Positions 29,450 through 32,000 of a stretch of DNA of 32,000 nucleotides are shown piece after piece. How positions within the stretch are numbered: the first letter of the stretch is position 1; every line of letters starts with the position of its first letter. The notes beneath the pieces are model-generated. The model did no database searches. It saw only the letters and a list, made by a program, of their open reading frames with translations, and was not told the DNA's origin. The DNA comes from Acaryochloris marina S15. Its GTDB lineage: Bacteria; Cyanobacteriota; Cyanobacteriia; Thermosynechococcales; Thermosynechococcaceae. Made by a program: the position numbers and the translations under genes. The DNA is taken from positions 3,960,001 to 3,992,000 of the forward strand of contig NZ_CP064923.1 in assembly GCF_018336915.1 (NCBI RefSeq). The letters run 5' to 3'.

Positions 29450-30721
29450 ATGGTCTCTTCTCCTCTCCCTCATATTGTGGTTATTGGCGCTGGTTTTGGC
29501 GGCCTGCAAACGGCGGTTTCCCTGGGAGGAGCAACTGCTCGGGTCACTTTAATTGACCGGAATAATTACCACACCTTTGTGCCGCTACTCTATCAAGTGG
29601 CAACGGCAACCTTGGAGCCGGAGTGGATTGCATTGCCCATTCACAAACTGCTGCGTCGATATAAAAATGTTCAGTTTGTTCAGGGCAATGTTGAGACGGT
29701 TGACTTAACCGCTCGGCAAGTGCGAACCAAGCAACTGACATTGCAATATGACTATCTGGTGCTGGCTACAGGGAGTCAAACCCATTTCCAGGGGGTGCCG
29801 GGGGCAAAGGAACATGCTTTTCCATTACGGAGTTTGGAAGATGCGATCGCACTCAAGCATCATCTCTTACAGTGCATTGAACGAGCCGCCCAAACCTCAG
29901 ATCCAGCCGAACGACGTCAGTACCTCACGATCACGATTGTGGGAGGTGGGGCCACAGGCGTTGAAATGGCGGGAGCCTTAGTGGAACTCTGCCATCAGTC
30001 TTGGCCCAAAGACTATCCCTGGCTTCGGGATGATCCAGTCCAACTGCTTTTGGTGCAGTCAGGCCCGGAACTCCTCCCTGAATTTCCTCATCCATTGCGA
30101 ACTTACACCTATAAAAAGCTCGCTACTTTAGGTGTAAACATTCAGGTGCAGACCAAAGTCGCATCTGTTCATACCACCCATCTAGACCTGGAGAGTGGTG
30201 CCTTTATTCCCTGTGCGACCACCCTTTGGACCGCTGGGGTGAAAGCAGTCCACCCTCCCACAGAAACGCTACCCCTGGAGAATCGGGATAAAATCTCGGT
30301 TCTGCCTACCTTACAACTGCAGCAGTATCCCGAGGTCTATGCCCTCGGTGATACCGCCCAAGTTCCCGGTCAGACTTTAGCAGGCGTTGCACCCGAAGCC
30401 TTACAGCAGGGTGTGTGTACCGCCCGAAATCTGCGCCGTCAACTCAAAGGTCGCTCTCCCCAGCCCTTTCGATATCTCAATAAAGGCCGATTGGCGATCA
30501 TTGGCTGCTTTTCTGGAGTAGGCAAGATTGGCCCCTTCCCCATTCGGGGTTTTCTGGGTTGGTTTCTCTGGTTAGCCGTCCACCTGGTCTATACCCCTGG
30601 CTATCGCAATCGCCTCATGATCTTGATGACCTGGCTGCAATCCTTTAGCACCCGAGATAAATTAGCGCGGCAATTATTGACAAAGTCTCATGCTAAATCT
30701 CCCGTCCAATTTAAGAGGTAG
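29450..30721 (+). CDS. NDH-2-type NAD(P)/FAD-dependent oxidoreductase (type II NADH dehydrogenase family).
   Basis: Two dinucleotide folds (VVIGAGFGGL and IVGGGATGVE), GD motif (ALGDTA), and a C-terminal hydrophobic membrane-anchoring segment (FLGWFLWLAVHLVY). Confidence 0.88.
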   Translation: MVSSPLPHIVVIGAGFGGLQTAVSLGGATARVTLIDRNNYHTFVPLLYQVATATLEPEWIALPIHKLLRRYKNVQFVQGNVETVDLTARQVRTKQLTLQYDYLVLATGSQTHFQGVPGAKEHAFPLRSLEDAIALKHHLLQCIERAAQTSDPAERRQYLTITIVGGGATGVEMAGALVELCHQSWPKDYPWLRDDPVQLLLVQSGPELLPEFPHPLRTYTYKKLATLGVNIQVQTKVASVHTTHLDLESGAFIPCATTLWTAGVKAVHPPTETLPLENRDKISVLPTLQLQQYPEVYALGDTAQVPGQTLAGVAPEALQQGVCTARNLRRQLKGRSPQPFRYLNKGRLAIIGCFSGVGKIGPFPIRGFLGWFLWLAVHLVYTPGYRNRLMILMTWLQSFSTRDKLARQLLTKSHAKSPVQFKR

Positions 30722-30870
30722 AGACGTTTTATGGTCCTTCGCGTCCTGTCCCCAGCCCCACATAGAGTTCTGCTAGATCAAGAACTCAGAACATCAACAG
30801 CTTTGGCCCCAGCCAGGCTGCTCTACCCAATCAATATCTTTTGCTTTTAACCATCATTTAGAGGATCACC

Positions 30871-31278
30871 ATGACCCCAACTTCTACGGATTCCAATCTC
30901 TCTATGCAACAGTTTGCCTTATTGCTGTTACGCCTAGTGGTGGTATCGATCTTCCTCTACCACGGATTTCCCAAAGCAATTAACTGGGCCATGGCAGGCG
31001 AGAAATTTATTGGCTTTGGCTTACCCGGATTTTTAGGTCCGATTACAGGCATTGTGGAAGTGATTGCCAGTGTTCTGATTCTGATTGGGATTCAGAACTT
31101 CTGGGCCAACTGGGTGTTGGTGGCAATTATGGCAGGTGAGATCGCAACGGTTCAATTCCCCAAAGCCTTCAGCGAAGGTGCTTATATCGCCGGTCTAGAA
31201 CGAGACTTAATGATTTTGGTAGCCTGTGCCGTATCCGCCGCCTTTGGCCCCGGTGCCTTTGCCCTCAAGCAGCGCTAA
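30871..31278 (+). CDS. DoxX-family membrane protein.
   Basis: 135 aa with four TM helices and LLLLRLVVVSIFLYHGFPK, typical of DoxX. GAGGA lies 6 nt upstream of the ATG. Confidence 0.85.
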   Translation: MTPTSTDSNLSMQQFALLLLRLVVVSIFLYHGFPKAINWAMAGEKFIGFGLPGFLGPITGIVEVIASVLILIGIQNFWANWVLVAIMAGEIATVQFPKAFSEGAYIAGLERDLMILVACAVSAAFGPGAFALKQR

Positions 31279-31290
31279 AACCCTACCCCA

Positions 31291-31719
31291 TTAGAATTGG
31301 GTCCCTGTCCCTTTCTCCACTGGGAAATTAGCCCTACGCCAAGCTTTGATATCTCCCTCCAGATGGTAGATCTGAGCAAAGCCTGCTTTTAGGAGCGCTG
31401 TTTCCGCAATCTGAGCACGAAATCCTCGCTCGCAGTAGATAACAACATCTTGTTCAGCAAAAGTCTGCAGATCTTTAATCCGTGTGGGTACATCCTGGAA
31501 ATAAATCTGAATAGCCCCTGGGATATGCCCTGCCTCATATTCTTCGACCGTACGCACATCCAAAATAACGGGAGGATTACCTGCTTTAATTTGTGTCAAC
31601 AGTTGGGTTGGGGTGATCAGTTCATGGGCATCCCAACTCGGGGCACAGGCGGTTGTCCCCAGTATCACAACGATAGCGGGTACGACTCCACGAATGATGA
31701 TCGAATCTCGGCTTTGCAT
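31291..31719 (-). CDS. Single-domain rhodanese-like sulfurtransferase with an N-terminal signal/anchor.
   Basis: ILDVRTVEEYEAGHIPGA and the active-site loop YCERGFRA (CxxGxR). The N-terminal hydrophobic segment ends ...LGTTAC (possible lipobox). Confidence 0.85.
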   Translation of the reverse strand: MQSRDSIIIRGVVPAIVVILGTTACAPSWDAHELITPTQLLTQIKAGNPPVILDVRTVEEYEAGHIPGAIQIYFQDVPTRIKDLQTFAEQDVVIYCERGFRAQIAETALLKAGFAQIYHLEGDIKAWRRANFPVEKGTGTQF

Positions 31720-31737
31720 CCTTCAAGTTTGGGTAGA

Positions 31738-32000
31738 TTAAATGAGCTTCAATAGTTCACTAGGGGTATGGATCAGTGCATCAGCACCTGCTTGTTCTAA
31801 CTCCGCTAAACTGCCGTAGCCCCACAAAACCCCTAGACATCTGGTAAATCCTTGCCCCGCTGCCATATCACTAGCACGATCGCCAATCATCCACAGATCT
31901 GTATGCTCCTGCTCTTGAATATCACGTAATAGCTCAGCTTTATTGCGATCCAGTCCACAGCCCCAAACATCTATAAAATAGGGACGCAATGCAAAATAAT
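31738..32000 (-). CDS. HAD-superfamily hydrolase (phosphoglycolate-phosphatase-like), C-terminal part. The 5' end lies outside the window.
   Basis: HAD motif IV (WMIGDRASDMAAG). The reading frame stays open upstream of the track's Met to the window edge (...YFAMRPYFIDVWG). Confidence 0.7.
   Translation of the reverse strand, partial: YFALRPYFIDVWGCGLDRNKAELLRDIQEQEHTDLWMIGDRASDMAAGQGFTRCLGVLWGYGSLAELEQAGADALIHTPSELLKLI

Overview
The window looks like a cyanobacterial chromosomal segment. Evidence: 10 perfect HIP1 octamers (GCGATCGC), a light-dependent protochlorophyllide reductase gene, and pentapeptide-repeat, WD40 and giant multi-kinase genes. GC is in the mid-40s % by eye. I support about 27 protein-coding genes and found no rRNA, tRNA, CRISPR array or recognisable mobile element.

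Gene order:
- 3' end of a hybrid sensor kinase
- a paralogous ~2320-aa Ser/Thr-kinase/NTPase/GAF/PAS/His-kinase/receiver protein
- (minus strand) Rad52/Sak-like protein, exported protein and LigA
- por
- a six-gene minus-strand operon: Tat-exported FGE-like protein, COG0523 GTPase, cobalt-type nitrile hydratase beta and alpha, beta-like accessory protein, HupE
- small secreted protein
- TPMT-like methyltransferase
- pentapeptide-repeat protein
- DUF4259-like protein
- vanadium-dependent haloperoxidase with an ATGA-overlapping small Pro/Arg-rich tail-anchored ORF
- a 1486-aa NLR-like STAND protein (unknown N-terminus, nuclease-like module, NACHT, pentapeptide, 14 WD40 blades)
- ECF sigma / anti-sigma pair
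- NDH-2-like oxidoreductase, DoxX, rhodanese
- partial HAD hydrolase

Best candidate for something undescribed: the stand-alone NACHT-WD40 gene. Its sensor region is a 1.58-kb array of almost identical 126-bp units. In that array 36 of 42 codons are frozen at the nucleotide level, and nearly all differences are amino-acid changes in 6 codons at predicted ligand-contact positions.

Secondary leads: the hybrid maturation toolkit of the nitrile hydratase operon, the haloperoxidase plus coupled small ORF, an orphan minus-strand terminator upstream of the ECF sigma gene, and the Rad52-like/LigA arrangement.

All family assignments come from motifs read by eye. No database search was run.
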